NCBI RefSeq assembly: GCF_964355755.1
Contig: NC_092672.1
Location: forward strand, 34,602,437-34,666,436
Direction of reading: 5' to 3'
DNA length: 64,000 bases
Origin: Antedon mediterranea
Lineage: Eukaryota > Animalia > Echinodermata
The notes under the pieces were generated by a model that was given only the letters and a program-made list of their open reading frames with translations, was not told the origin of the DNA and ran no database searches. The position numbers and the translations under genes were made by a program. Shown here piece after piece: positions 48,509-63,468 of this stretch (position 1 is its first letter; the number at the start of each line of letters is the position of its first letter).

Positions 48509-51420
48509 TTTATTTGTACGGATGCACATTAGTAAAATGTGGGTAAAAATAGAAAGTAATGTAATTAAGTTGTAGGCCTATTTAAACCTTTTTTCGAAGA
48601 CCCAATGTTCCCAAGACTGTAAGCATAGGCCTACTGTAATTATAAAAATGACAATATTATTAGGCCATATTGGACTCTTCTCCCATTCACTATCAAGCTG
48701 GTGACGTAACGTCCGAGATGACCGAAAATGACATTATGACGTGACGTAACGTTGATGAGACGATGCTTGACACATTAAAGCCGATTTTCCACTAGGCGAA
48801 TTTATTCGCGCAAATCAAAACCGTCAGCTTAGGCCTATACGCATGCGTAGAGAAGGATTTTGGAAGATGTAAACATAAATATGCATGTGCATAAGCTGGC
48901 GCTTTTGATTCGCGCCAAACAAATTTGCCTAGTAGAAAATGATGACATGACCTCTTCCCACCACCCCGACGATTAAATCTCCGAATTATTTAATTTATTT
49001 GAAAAGGTGTATATAAATCCTAAGTCCGTTTTCACATTATTGTAGTAATATATATAATATGTATATAGTAATAGATGTAATATAACTATATGTAAAATGA
49101 TCCATAAAATAACAAAAATAAAGATATTTATTATATATGTAAATTGCTATTATAGGCCTATTTATGGGATTTGTCTTTCGTATGTTATAACCCAAGTTGA
49201 TAGAAGTACATTATATTAATTATTAAATAAATACTGTGTTGTATTATTTTGTACGTGTCAAATCAATACACTCATTATGACCAAATACTTTACTGTAAAT
49301 ATCTATCCAAATACTTACTGTAAACAAACCATCCTGCCATAAACAGAAAAAAATGGAAACAAATTGTGGAAAGCGTAATTTCGGAAGACGGAAAACGTTA
49401 GCAACAAATATGTATCTATTATTCTATCTATGCCAATTGTATTGCTTCTCTCTTCAAACAATTGCTTAAAACCCCAACTCTTTCGCATGCATATGAAATG
49501 ACGTAATTTCCACTCAAATCAATTCATATTAAAATCTGTCGTTATCATCAATTCACCAACAACATATTAATACTTGGTAAGTCTTATTATAAAGTATGTA
49601 TATTGTTTAAAAAAGAAGAAACACGAGACAAGAACAAGAACTTATTGAATGTTTTATGACAATTAGCGACAATCTAGTTGTACTGTAGCGTCTTTCAACA
49701 AATATCATTTTATTTATTTCCGTTGTGAAATCCTCCTTTATTCAGCGGTTAGTGTGATTCTAAATCAGATTTCAGCTGGGGATGCATTATATCCAGTTCA
49801 ATTCCCCTGTTTTCATTATTATTATATAATAAACCGAATCCAATATTACGTCGGTTACACTGTAAAGTCCAACATTCTCGCGCGCCCTTTATTTTCGCGA
49901 CTTTCGCGATTGAACAACGATCGCAAAAAAGTAATTACAATTCTACCTTTATGACAAGCTATAAATTAGACTTTAAAAAAAAAGCACAGTTACATGTGTA
50001 AACAAGTTTGTGATTTTAATTAATATACAATTGGTTTTGTATATAGAGGATTTAACAACAAAAAAGAATGTTAAGAAGTAAATACTAAATTGTATTAATG
50101 TTTAGTAATTCAGAAAACAAAAATACTAAATGAATGCTAATGTTTACTGATGGAATGATACTAAAGGTTAAAATTATGATATTAATGAGGGGAAAAACAG
50201 ATAATAATGAAAAAAGCGTAGTAAATATTTGGAAATTATGTAATGAAACATTAAATGAATAAAGGTGGTGGTGATGAACCACAAAAGATAAAAACAGTTA
50301 TAAATTAAATTAGATGAAGATAGAGAGAGTGTGATGGTTTGTGGGGGGGGGGGGGGGAGTTTACCTTAGAAACCAGACGAGAGGTTGTGATTATGATTTT
50401 TAGTAAATTACCATGTGACGAATATATCTCACAAAGCAACAATGACCAACGCAAAGTGTAATTTAAAAAAAAGGAGATTTTTATGGGGTAAATTTGCTAA
50501 GAACGGTAATGCGGTTATTGGAAGGTGATCTTCTTAAAACACCTTAATAGATATAAATTGATAAATATTGGACACTGGTGTAAAAATGATTTATATAATG
50601 ACGTCATGCTGGTGTAGTACGCACGTAAATGAAGGTGGTTGTTGACCGGGAAAATTAATCAGTTTGTTTGAAATACTCGAATTTTCACACGAACTATAAT
50701 TCAGTATGTGCCCAAATATGGTAGTGATACGCCCAAATATGGTAGTGATATGCCCAAATATGGTATTGATATGACATCATTGAGTCCATATATGGGCACA
50801 TCACATTTTTGTCACATAAGTGTGATAGTCTAGATAGACAGAGCTTAATATGCATATTGTGTCGTTGCTGTAATCGAAGAAACTGTCGATGAATCGAGTT
50901 ACGAAGCGCGTACGAATGTCAACGCATGCGCACAAACTAATTCATATGTTATAAATCTCTGTCTACACTATCAAACTTTATGTGACAAAAATCTGATGTG
51001 ACCATATATGGACACGATAACGTCATATCACTAACATATTTGGGCACATAACATTTTTGTGTCACAAAGTTTGATAGTGTAGACAGAGCTTTCGTCGTAA
51101 ATGGAAATCTATCGTAGTACCGTACCACACCTATTGAAAATCACGATGACCTCAGGCTTGTGATTCATTTCAAGTTAAGTTCAAATCAATAAATATGTAT
51201 TTCAAAATTACACATTTCATCAAAACAAACGATAAATATAATTACAGATTTAAAAGTTACGTGATGTGCGTTTTATCGGCATAATTTAAAGTAGAATTTT
51301 GAATTATTATTGAACGAGAAAATAGATTTTAATCTGCAAATCAAAAAGTTCACAAGATTGACTAAACCAAACCTGAGAATAAATAGGCCTATGTGGATAT
51401 TGGATACAGCGTTCTGTCTA

Positions 51421-52283
51421 TAGTAAAATATGCAGATGACACAGTCATCACTGGATACATTACTGGCAATGATGAAACAAGCTATAGACAACTAGGATGT
51501 GATTTTTATCACTGGTGCTGCAATAACAACCTGAAACTAAACATAAAGAAAACAAAAGAAATGCAAATTGATTTTAGGAAAATTAAAGAACCCTTAGAAC
51601 CTCTGATTATAAATGAAAATGAGATTGAAGTAGTAAATGAGTACAAATATCTGGGTTGTATAATTGACAATAAGCTAAATTGGATAAATAATGTAAATAA
51701 AGCCACATGCAAAGCCAACCAAAGGATGTTTATTTTAAGAAAAATTAAGTACCTACAAATTGACAAAACTATACTTAAATTGTTTTATAACTCTGTAATT
51801 CTCAGTGTAATACTTTTTTGTAATGTTTGTTTTTATGGTAATTCAATGCAAAAAGATAAAATTAAACTTAATCGAATAGGAAATAGAGCAATTAGACTAG
51901 TAGGAGAGCACTTACCTGATGTTGAATCCTTGTATAAAGAAAATGTGTTAAAAAAAGTAAAAAGTATCATTGATGATGAAACACATCCTCTTCACAAACA
52001 ATTTGCTCTCATGAATTCTGGCATAAGACTACGTGCACTTAATACCAAAACAAAACGGTTTAGGTGCTCGTTTGTACCTAATGCTATACACTTATATAAC
52101 TCCAGAGTACAAAGGTAAAATGTAACCGATAATTTTTATCTAATTTTAACAATTTTTAGCCTCTTAACTTTTTGTGTGTGTTTTTGTAAATTGTATTTTA
52201 TATTTTTGTATTTTGCCAGTTTTCAAATCACATTTCTGTTTTTTAAATGGACAATAAAGTATATATGACTATGACTATGACTA
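51421..52283 (+). mobile_element. 5'-truncated non-LTR retrotransposon (Rex1/Babar-like RT C-terminus, 3' UTR and (ATGACT)n tail)
   Basis: Open frame KYADDT...LNIKKTKEMQIDFRK...YKYLG...HPLH...TKRFRCSFVPNAIHLYN, stop at 52118, T-rich UTR, AATAAA, then the ATGACT x3 tail. Confidence 0.9.
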
Positions 52284-53089
52284 CACTATCAAACTTTATG
52301 TGAAAAAAAATGTGATGCGCCCATTATATGGACATCATGATGTCATTTCACTACCATATTTTGGCACATCTCACTTTTTTTGTCAAACTAGTTTGATAGT
52401 GTAGACAGAGCTTAAGGAAAACAATCAATACAAGTGAGATCGAAATGTTCAAGACTTGTATTTATATAATGGCGACTTATATGCAGCTGAGGGAAGTCAT
52501 TCTGTGTACGCTAAAAACCGTGACCGTGTACAGAATGACTTTAAGACATAATGGCGTAAAAATGAAAGGTCTCTAAGAATAATATAACAGTGTGAATCAA
52601 TTGATAAAGAGAAATAAAAGAGATGCAGAAAAGTACAGAATCAAAACTTTATGTGACAAAAGAATGTGATGTGCCCATATATAGACATAATGATGTCATA
52701 TCACTACCGTATTTGGGCATATCACTACCATATCTGGGTACAAGATTTAAATTTACGGAGAGACAAACTGACTGTTGGAAACGTTGGCAATGGATGTTGA
52801 TCATGAACAAAATGACCGACAAACTTGAACTTGCTTTCATTTTGATAGATGAAGCGTCAAAGGGTGCTTCTCTTCGACAATGAACTTCGGCGAATTAATC
52901 AAAATGTGTAAGACATAATCATAATGTGTTAAGAAGCCGTTAAAAGCATGTATTTAATGTGATGTCATTATTAAACACAACAACACGTTTGTAATGTATA
53001 AAATGGTATGGTGTGGATTAGTTTAATGAAAGTTAAATGCACATTACTAAACACATTCATACAAGAGTTTAATACAAACACTTCATAAG

Positions 53090-53440
53090 TTTATTTTTGT
53101 GAGGGAAACTGTGAAGTCGATTTGGGTCTCTAGATAGGAACCTAATGACAGGGATATCGTGTATTAAAGGTACTTGATACAGTTAGATAGGTATCTGGTA
53201 GACTGGCAACAGTCTTCCCACAGAGAGTCTATTGACAGCCACAGAACCGGGTGCTATCTGGGTGAATCGACTGATATTGGTTAGCCGATGCAGAATGATA
53301 AGGACTGAAAATAGACAAGGTTATACCCCACTCTCTCCGAAAGATGCACTTGGTTCTTTTTAAGTTCACACGAGCACGGGACAGACAATATTGTTCCTAT
53401 AAATACCCCATACCTATGTCCGGTCCAAGGAGTTGCTTAT
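53090..53440 (-). mobile_element. MetaSINE-like retroposon; a related fragment lies at ~12645-12770
   Basis: Minus strand GTCCCGTG...GAACTTAAAAAGAACCAAGTGCATCTTTCGGAGAGAGTGGGG resembles the Meta core domain (recalled, not aligned); ~12730-12765 reads CCAGTGCATGTTTCAGAAGAGTAGGAGG on the minus strand. Confidence 0.55.
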
Positions 53441-54340
53441 GTGCGGATAGGATATTATGACCGTGGTTTGAGTGGATAGAGAATCTATTTCACTCGCAAC
53501 AAACAATTATAAATTCTACTCTGACTAATGGTATAGGTCTAGATATTACACTTTAAAAGACACTAAGCTGCATGCACACTTGTTTAGGTGATTTTTAATA
53601 TTATTAAGAAAACGGATTCGTCTTCCGTGTGAATTGATGAAGTGTGAATGCAGCTTTAGCTATCATACACATCTCGAGGGTACCACCACGTGACCATTGT
53701 AGAGACATGTGAACGCACATCTGTCTGTACAATCCGCCTGAATTAGAAGTCAAGTCAAGCTATCGTGTCGTGCACGCACATCGTGAGCGTACCACCACGT
53801 GCACCATTGGTAATGTGAACGCACCAGCGTCTGTCTCTACAATCCCCCTGAATTAGATGTCAAACTAAAGCTATTTGATTTATAGATACTGAATGTAATT
53901 GCAATCAGAGAAACGTTTGTCGTGGGTGATCGTCCGTACTACAAATAATGCTACAATCATTATACTGGTTTATAATATCAATTTAATTGACAACAGGGAT
54001 GACAGCTCGGATGACAGCTAAAGTCATATACTATATATTTTTGATTGGTTTTCGAATCCACAGCAGCGCAAAATACTTATTATTATTGTGAACTATTATT
54101 GTACAATAGACTGAATTTAATTGTTGAATGTAACATTATATATGGTATGTGCACGGAAGGTGAGAGGGGAAAAGTTAAAATGCAAGGAGACGCTACCTAA
54201 TGACTGCCCTATCAGATAAGTGGTAACGCCATTTTGTATACCATAAATTGAACGATAAATATCGATCATTGTTTGAAGAACTGAACTAAAAACAACAGCT
54301 CATTAGCTATAAAAAACACCAAAAATACAAAACCGTTGTT

Positions 54341-55151
54341 TAACAAGGCCAACAGCCATTAAGTCGCGTGCTACAATGCATAGTGATACCGGACCGACAG
54401 ACAAACAGACCGACAGACAGACAGACCGACAGACAGACGGATCGACCGACATAGTAAACTATACTGACCGAAATTACTGAACATGTTTAAAAATGTTGAA
54501 ATGTTTAAAAACATTTATATTTGTTTAATTTACACGTGCGTAGCCTGTCACTTTTGACGTGCTCGTATAACGTAATTTCGAGTTGAAAAGTAAGTCAAGA
54601 AAACAGAAATCGGGCAAAAAGAGTGCGCAATAACATTTAACGCGCAGTGCGCGCGCAAAAATCTGCGCACTCATGGCAATTTTGTAAACGCTTAAAATTG
54701 CCTGAAACGTACTCTTAATTCATCGAAAATAAATTTTGAAAATTTTAAGCGCGCTTACGCATGCGTTACATGCGCTACGCACGTAATTGTATTGCCATAT
54801 GATGATTTATGCCCTGAAATTTATGAGTACCAAATTTTATTTAATTGTGATTCATGGTTGTTAAGATATGATTACAAACGTGATTTCGTTAAATCGTGCG
54901 TAGACCGCGTATTTTTTTATTGCGCACCGTGAAAACATAACCACTTCGATTCCTGGCCATAAGGAATATTCTGTGAAAAATTGACTTAGCTAGATTAAAC
55001 TGATATCAAGATAAGGTCATAAAGCGATAAAACGCATAGTGATACCGGACCGACAGACAGACAGACAGACCGACAGACAGACCGACAGACAGACAGACAG
55101 ACCGACCGACCGACATAGTGAACTATAGAGTCGCTTCCACGCGACTAAAAA
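54341..55151 (+). mobile_element. Helentron-associated interspersed element (HINE/DINE-1-like)
   Basis: 5' AACAAG...AGTCGCGTG subTIR, two (GACA/GACC)n microsatellite blocks, 3' hairpin AGTCGC-TTCCAC-GCGACT followed by AAAA. A related 3' end lies at 28168-28238. Confidence 0.75.
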
Positions 55152-58100
55152 CAGCGGTATTACGTCATTATAACGTCACACTTGAGCCAAAATCGGTCAC
55201 TATATAGCACTTATCCTATCCTAAGGTTTCCCGTAATTACGGTAGTTGATAATTGTACCACTGGGAAAAACGCTGTCTGGTTTCAGGTAGATATTGAAAT
55301 ACATTTTCAGAATAAATTTTCCATAACAATGCTTGTGTTGTTTGTTTAGTTTCTGGAAATAGGCAATAATGTATTACGTTAATTGGTTTTAATTTTTATT
55401 GGTTAAATTATTCCAATAAGTAGGGTGCCACACTTAAGTCAGATTTTAAGGTATATATTTAGATACAATGACCAAACAACATTTTAGAATATTTGATGTA
55501 AACAAAATCACAGTGTTATTCATTCATTCGTTTCCTTTACTTCGGATAGTACAGTAGGCCTACATCCATACAAATCATACAAAACAAAAAGAGAACAAAA
55601 TTGCACAAAGCAACTTCCTATACAAAACCAACCTACAATATCAGCATTTAATATAAGTATTTTAGTATTAAAAATAATAAAGTTTTTTTTCTTTTTAATG
55701 GGTGTGTCCCACATGTATTCTCTTAATATACATATTTTCATAAATAATAAATAAAATATGATTATTTTTATACCAGTATCTAACCATTCTTACTATTTAT
55801 TCATTGTATTCATTTTTTCAGTTGGGCCTATAACTTCTAATTCTTGCAAACATTCTTAATAAATGATGTTTTATTACCTTCAATTGCATTTATACTTCAT
55901 ACTTTATACTAAAAAAAATCTTTCTATACACGTTATTATATACTAAAGCTGTAGTAATAAATAACGTGCTCAGAGACGAAGAACCGATTTTGTCTTCAGA
56001 TTATTACGTTTTTGTCCAGAAATGAAATTCTGAATTTCAAAGTATTAAGATTAATTTGTTCTTGAAGCAACCGAAATATTTACCTTTACCTGTTTCTAAT
56101 TTTCTAGGACGAATAATTTAAAACAAGAGGATTTATTGATTAACTCATAAGCTAGTCACACCCACATAATAACTACGGTAGCACAAGAGGATCAAAGACG
56201 AAACGCCGATAATTCTTATTTTTTATATAGCTTTTGACATTGAGTTACCCCATTTCGGTGTTTTATCATCATCCTCCAACAATTAATATTTGCCTTTTCC
56301 GAGTGTTTACGTTATAACAGCTTCGTATAATATAACCGCACGTAATTTGTAAAAATTTATTTTTAGCCGGGAGGAAAATTAAATCCAAGAGATTCAGAAT
56401 GTAAACGTTACCACTAATCTTCGACAACCCACACATTTATTAATAGACCATCTACGAGAATACGATGAATTGAAACAAAAAGGTTTTATGTTAAAACTCT
56501 TACGATGATTGTATGGTTACATAAATATAAATTTCCGAAAATATTAACTAGATCGCTTATTGTCGGAGCTTTATTTTGCCAAAAAAGCTCTACAAAATTA
56601 CACTCAATGGATAGAATACATTAAACAATATAAAAGCTGGGACGCACTTACCTTAGAATAGCTTTTATATTATAATATAATATGTATATTATCTCGGTAA
56701 AACTGTGGGAAACATTTTGTTAAGAGAACGTTTTCCCGTGAAATGAACACAGGCAAAATATGTTTTAACACTATACGGTCAACCCATGGGTCATCCTTAT
56801 TAAGGAGACATCCTTAATAAGAGGACACTTTACCGGGTCTGTCCTGAAGGTGTCCATCTGTCCTGAAGGTGCCTTCACCCGCACCCCTCCTCCCCCTTAA
56901 ACAACAGCGACTACTGTATGAAGGCCATACCTGCACGTACGTATTATCTACTTTAAAACGAATGAGAAAATGTTTGAAATGTCACAGAGTGCATGACTTT
57001 TCTGCTAAGTTCAAAAACCTAACATTCACAGCACAAAGTATTACGATTATTACAAAGTGCAAAAGTACACCTTTGTTAAAAAATAAAAACAACTCGTAAA
57101 AGCAACCCGCGTCCTAGCGGCTCATAGTATTAAAATTCGGCATTGAAGGTACGAATGAGTCGTTTTCGATTCATTCATCAACACATGCCGGTAAAAGAAG
57201 TAAACAGACGCGCGCGCGGTGATGGATGCCTATATTCGATTTAAGTATAAGAAAGCCTTATGTTGAATTAACATTACATTAAGGCCCACTAATTGATTGA
57301 AATGACGTCGGCTATGTGTAAAATGTGTATAATTAATGGTTTTGAACGGAAGCCAATTGATACCGTCTAATCCCCCACAAATCAACATTAATTGTTCAAA
57401 CACTCACAATAGTTATAATGTATGTATGGAAAATGTATACGTTTATAATTTGCAAGCACATTACTGTACCTTTAACATGTTAAAGCCCTACAGGATGAAT
57501 GTACTATTTGACGGTCATCATTGTCTTACTTATGTCCAGCCTATCTGTAGAGTCCGTTATACATATATAATTCTACCGTTACATGGCAAAAACACCTTTC
57601 CTAACTTGATGGTTAGGCCTATTATTAATAGTATTAACAGATCTAAAGATACAACATTGACGCATGCGTATAAATATTATCAGGATTTTAACGCGCGCGT
57701 CGGCTGTTGCGTCTCCCTCATGGTGTGTAAAATTATTTCAATATCAGACATCTGCGCATGCTTAAAACCGTAATGACGTAGCACATCGACACTTCTGACC
57801 AATCAGGTCACTGTATTGGGGCGAGCAGACAATTTCGGCTCAACACGTCACCAAACTATCGTACCGTGGACAATTATTTTTAACCATACAAAGAAAGCCG
57901 AAAAGGGTAAGTAAGGTCATGTTCAGTTTTTATAAGCAGACATTGGGCGGCTTTGACATAGTTTACTTCTTGGAATTTGGATATCTAAAAGTCACAACTT
58001 GTGTAGACAAAGTTAATTATAGGCCTAGAATATTCGCTAGCTAGGCCTTCTTTTCCATTTTCGTTGAACCAGTCACACAACGTACTTAGCCAGTCCTTGT

Positions 58101-58309
58101 AGTCTTACTTATGCCCTATCTGCATTTTTTAGTTGGGCCTAGCTGCGAGGTCATGTCAAATTTGACTAAATTGTAACAAATGCATATGGCCTGTATAAAG
58201 GAACAACTTTGAATCAATTGAAGGTTTCCCATTGATGAATTTCAATATATATATGTTTATATATATTTGGTGAAACCATGACATCTTGTAAACTCAAACT
58301 CACGCATGC

Positions 58310-58507
58310 AGTGGCATAAGGCAGATGCCTGAGGCCCCTGGTTTAGAAACCCTAAGTGGCCCTCCAACGCTGGAGGCCTCGGAAGTTTGGAGCTTTTTCG
58401 ACATATTTAAATGCCTGTTTTTCCTTTTGGCACTGCTCAGGGAGCCCCGACAAGCTCCGAGGCCCCTGGGTTTAGCTAGTGAACACTCATAGTCATTTCA
58501 CCACTGC
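58310..58507. mobile_element. CAGTGG...CCACTG element (hAT-like ends); related fragment at ~11665-11762
   Basis: Terminal CAGTGG/CCACTG, internal GAGGCCCCTGG(G)TTTAG shared in reverse with ~11672-11690. No clear TSD. Confidence 0.45.
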
Positions 58508-61500
58508 AATGGAGTAGGATGGTGGACACGAATGACATAACACGATTATGTGGAGCAACATGACATTACAATTTTGCACAGATTAAAAATTGTATAAAGT
58601 ATTGCTTTTATCTGCATTAAAACCAACACAAGGGAATCATCAAAAAACCATTCTCAAATCATAATAGAAAAAAAAATCATTATCTTGCAAATAAATTTTT
58701 GATGAATGTGACAAAATTAATTTATTACATAGTATGCATCGATTAAAAAAAAATTTTTATAAACATCATTTTACAATTTTTTTAATGAGAGCACTCATGA
58801 CAATTTAAGAACACATTAATTTTGTTGAACCTTTGGAATAAGTAAATTTTTATGGTTATACTGTGATGAGTTAACTTAAATAACTCGATAATCTAATTTC
58901 ACAATTTGTAATCATTTTTTTTAAATCGATGTATGAATGATTCACCTGACTTTTTTAATCATGACTTTAAGTTAATTTAAAGTAGTTTCATCTTCTTGCA
59001 ATAAGCATAGTCAAAGCATTTGAAAAGAAAAAAGCTTAGTAATTTATCAATCAAACAACAAATGGTCTATAAGAGATCATTAATGTACAAAGAGTCACAC
59101 ATCAGTAATAAATAAATACAAAACAGTCAAATGTTAACTGTTTTACTTGAAACAATTGAAGATTGCCGCTTGCTTTCAGTTACACGTAAACTTCACATTG
59201 GTCTGGCTGAGTTCACATGAGATTGTCATCTAGTGGCTTGGTATTTTCAAATTCAACCGAGTGTATATATCTTAAGATGCTAATTAACCTTTATTCTTAG
59301 TCTTTGTATGCTATAATAATATTCGAAAATAAAAAACTGAATTATTTTTGAAAACATATTGCTGAAATTTGTGGAAAACAGATGAAAATTTACATAATTT
59401 TTTTTTATCAAGTTTATACCACGCATGGCAAATTTTATAAACAGAGTGTATCTTGAGATACTACGTTACCTATATTCTTAATCTGCGTGTATATACTAAT
59501 GATATTTGAAAATAATAAACTGAATACTTTTAAAAATACATTTTTGAAACTTGTGACATCACTAACAGACAAAATATACATAAATCATGTATTTAAAATT
59601 AAGTATTATTTTGTATAAACTTTCAGCAACCACATTTTAAAAATCCTAAATTTACCACTAAATTGATAAATGATGTCATATGCAGATCGAAGGAGGCCTA
59701 GCCTGCTTGGTCACCCTAAACCCTTCAAATTGTAAGGCAAAACGTAGGAAATTAAGCTAAAATCAGTACCCTCATTTGAAGTCTTGAACACCCCCCCCCC
59801 CACCCCTCCTCATAATTAAATAATCCTGAATCAGCCACTGAATTGATTGATGGCATTTGCAGATCAAATGGGGCCTAGCTGGCTTCATTTTAAGTCTTGA
59901 ACCTTTCCTTATAATTAAATTATCCTGAATCCGCCACTGAATTGAAGATGGTCTTTTGCAAATACATTCATGATTATTTCTGTATTTTGTTAAAAGCATT
60001 TAAAAATATGCACCTGCATTAATCAATAATATTTACTCATTTGATTACCTGTGCAATTTAACTATCCGGAAATTTGTACTGAAGATGACAATTTTTTTTT
60101 ATCAAACTAATATTCGCATAAGCAAATGCTTCATTAACATGGCAATTTTAGTACTGGAATTGAAAGTAGCTGAATTGTCACTTGACAAAAAAATCTGACG
60201 AACCCAGACATTATCCTAAATCCATAATAAAGGAATGGATAACAGTTGTTTATTAAAAAAACGCGAGTGATTATTAGCCCAGAATATTAATCTGATCAAA
60301 ACATTACTTACGCAATCATTTCCATGACTCCGAGACTGATGGTCTGTCATAAATTGATTGATGTATTTCTTTACTTTTGTTCTGTATTTATGTTTCAAAT
60401 ATATGTTGTTTTTGGACTGTTGTTATTTTATATCATTGTTTCACTATAGTGTTATTTAAAAACTACCTTTGCTTAATTCTTTAGCGCATAATGCATATGA
60501 ATTTTAAGTCCAGCATTTTCTCTGATTAACATTAATTTATTGATCCATTTTGTATGTACATTACTTTTCAAGTATTTTATTGTTCAATTTTATACCAATT
60601 GTGTATCATACTGTACATATTTTAATGGAAATTGCTCAATACAAATGAATAAATTATTATTATTATTCCATTACAGTGGGTTGCTTGTTAATGTGCTTTA
60701 ATCTATATTCTTAAAATACAGTTTAAATTTAAGTAAGTTAATAAATACAATATTTATCTAGATATCAATACCAATCAGGGAATTAATGGTACATATTACA
60801 GAAAGTTCCATTTCAAAATATGCATAAATGCTACCATCCAACGTTTTTTTATAGATTTTATTTTAAAATTGTATAGAAATGTTGTGTGTTTTCACTTATT
60901 TGTTTATCTAATAGAACGAGAATAAATAAATAATTAATAAATTATAATAAAAAAAATATTTATAATAAACGTCTGAGAGGACCGAATTTGGTACCTCTAT
61001 TTACACATTATCTTAAGCTTTTTTATCCAGTTTTTAAGTACTGTTAGGAACTCTGTTCTTGGTAGGGTGCCATAAGCTTAATAATATCAATAATACCAAT
61101 GCACAGCATTTTAACTATCAAATACTAAACAAAGAGTCATTTAATGTTATTAAAATAATTTATTTAGCGCACAGTTTGATTTTAAACGCTAGTATTTACA
61201 GTTATTTTTTATGTCACTCTTGTTTAATGTTGTTGATGCTGTACATGCCAATTCGTATCACATAACATGAACTTTATGAGAGTTTAAAGATGATTTATCA
61301 ACTGACATTACAAATGATGTGTTTAATCTTTGGGGATATTTACTATCAATTTTAAGAGGTCATAAGAGATAATCATTTGATACATAGTTTTATATGATAG
61401 AACAGAATACAACTTTCAGATGACGAATATAAACTGAACACATCCAAGTATTTTATCCCAAATAGAATAAAAATGGTGTAAGAATAAATTAAACACTATT

Positions 61501-61621
61501 GTACAGTTGATAGTAGGCTATGCCTCGGTCTTACTTGAAATCATTTCTAAAACATTTAAAACAAATAAAATCTATAACAAGCCTGCGTATCATTCATGCA
61601 TATTTTGAAATGGAACAGTAC

Positions 61622-61900
61622 CTATGCCTAGGTCTTAAAATGTTAAGAGCAATCAGAGGCAAATGATAAAGGTATGAGAACTAATATTAGTATTATTACA
61701 TAAATACATTTCTTGTTGTTGACTACGCTAAATGTAAAAATAAAAGTACAGAAAATAAAACACTGTTGTACTGTAGATAGTTGACTATGCCTAGGTCTTA
61801 AAATGTTAAGAGCAATCAGAGGCAAATGATAAAGAAATCAGAACTAATATTAGTATTATTACATTAAACATATTTCTTGTTCTGGACTACGTTAAATGAG
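61622..61900. repeat. Tandem duplication, ~163 bp
   Basis: CTATGCCTAGGTCTTAAAATGTTAAGAGCAATCAGAGGCAAATGATAAAG occurs twice. Confidence 0.75.
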
Positions 61901-63367
61901 TATTTTATTATGTATATTGAATTTCAAATACAAAAATCTGCTATTATGTTTGAGTACCGGTAACCAGCAGACACAGCCTTTTGTTGATATAAGATGCAGT
62001 AAAGTAAAATATTATGGTTAACAAAATATCACAGAATAATGAAAAGTGATATATTACTGGATATATTAGGTAATTCTTTGTACAACCTTCAGTATTGTGT
62101 AGTAATCATTACTAAAAGATTATATCTATTTTTAGATTTAGAATACTTATAATTAAATTAGCTGAATCTATATTAAAACTTGTGAAAATTATATTTATAC
62201 TTTTGCAGCCGTAAATTATTTTCACCTTTAAAATAATTGATTATTGTAAGTATTTTATTTTTACAGTTCGTTTGTTTTTGTGATTGTTTATTTTCACAAC
62301 AAACTTAAGTAAGTCATCAGAAATACGCTTTTAGGCTTGATCCTCACAAGGCCTTTCTGCCAGTTGCAGTCTATAACTCCAAAGAGCACTACTCATAGGC
62401 CTCTTAGACGAACAACTTCTTTTCGTTGCAACTTCATGCATGAGTGATTTTTCTAGTGCCCTCAATTTGTATTTTCATTCATATCCGACCGACTGACCCT
62501 GCTTTTTGGGAAACAACCATTTTTTTGGTATTGTCACAGCAGCAACATCTGTACCACTATTTCAAATGTGCCATGTATGCCTTAATGCAAATCCTAGCAC
62601 CACATACTACTTATTCATTCAATAGTGTTTAGCGTCTGCCTAGCTGCTTGCATTCGTTTTCGTGCCTTCTGAAACATTTCTAGAAAATGTAAAAAATTAT
62701 ATTTTTAAAGTGATTGTATCAACAAAAGATTATAGACAGAGAATGTTGGCATGAATAAATAATGACTACGCCAGCGGACTAATAGAGATATAAATAAACA
62801 CTAAATATGGACTCTTCTTTATGTTGTTAGTTTTCATTTATGCGCGTCACCAATAACCATTTTTTGTCCGTAAACTACAGTAGTTCAAGTATACGTATGA
62901 AATGCCATGTGTGCCATAATGTTTATCTTTATATCAATATTAAGTCAAATCTAGAACCTAAAAATGGTCTGCATAATACCAAACTACAGTGCCATTATTC
63001 AATCCTTGAATAACTCAAATAAATTAATTAAATTGTACGTACCTAACACATTCTGGACAGAGCTCTGCATAGAAACACCCCTGGGAAACAAAATACATTA
63101 TGTAACAGATATTTTAATTTTTTATTATTTATATCAAAATGAAAGTATATCATTTTAGTTGATAGTAAATACAAAATATAAAAGTCAGGGACACACAGAA
63201 ACTAAGATGAAATCGTGAAACAAACACCATAATAATTCTTAGGGTAAATAATACAAATGAAATTATTTGAGGTTTTAATGCAAAATCTGTTTTATTCTGG
63301 ATGATGGCAGAAAAGGATGTGTTTACAGTAGCTTTGTAGGCTTTCTCCTACAGTGAGCTGATAATTG

Positions 63368-63468
63368 CTGAAAAGATAATAATGATTTCTTTCTGAAAAG
63401 ATGATGATTTCTTTCTGAAAAGATAGATGATAATGATTTCTTTCTGAAAAGATGATAATGATTTCTTT
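63368..63468. repeat. 22-29-bp minisatellite x4 (CTGAAAAGATGATAATGATTTCTTT)
   Basis: Directly visible tandem units. Confidence 0.8.

Noticed and set aside
57336-57773. 145-aa ORF
   Set aside because: No domain motifs, intergenic-like composition, no supporting splice structure.
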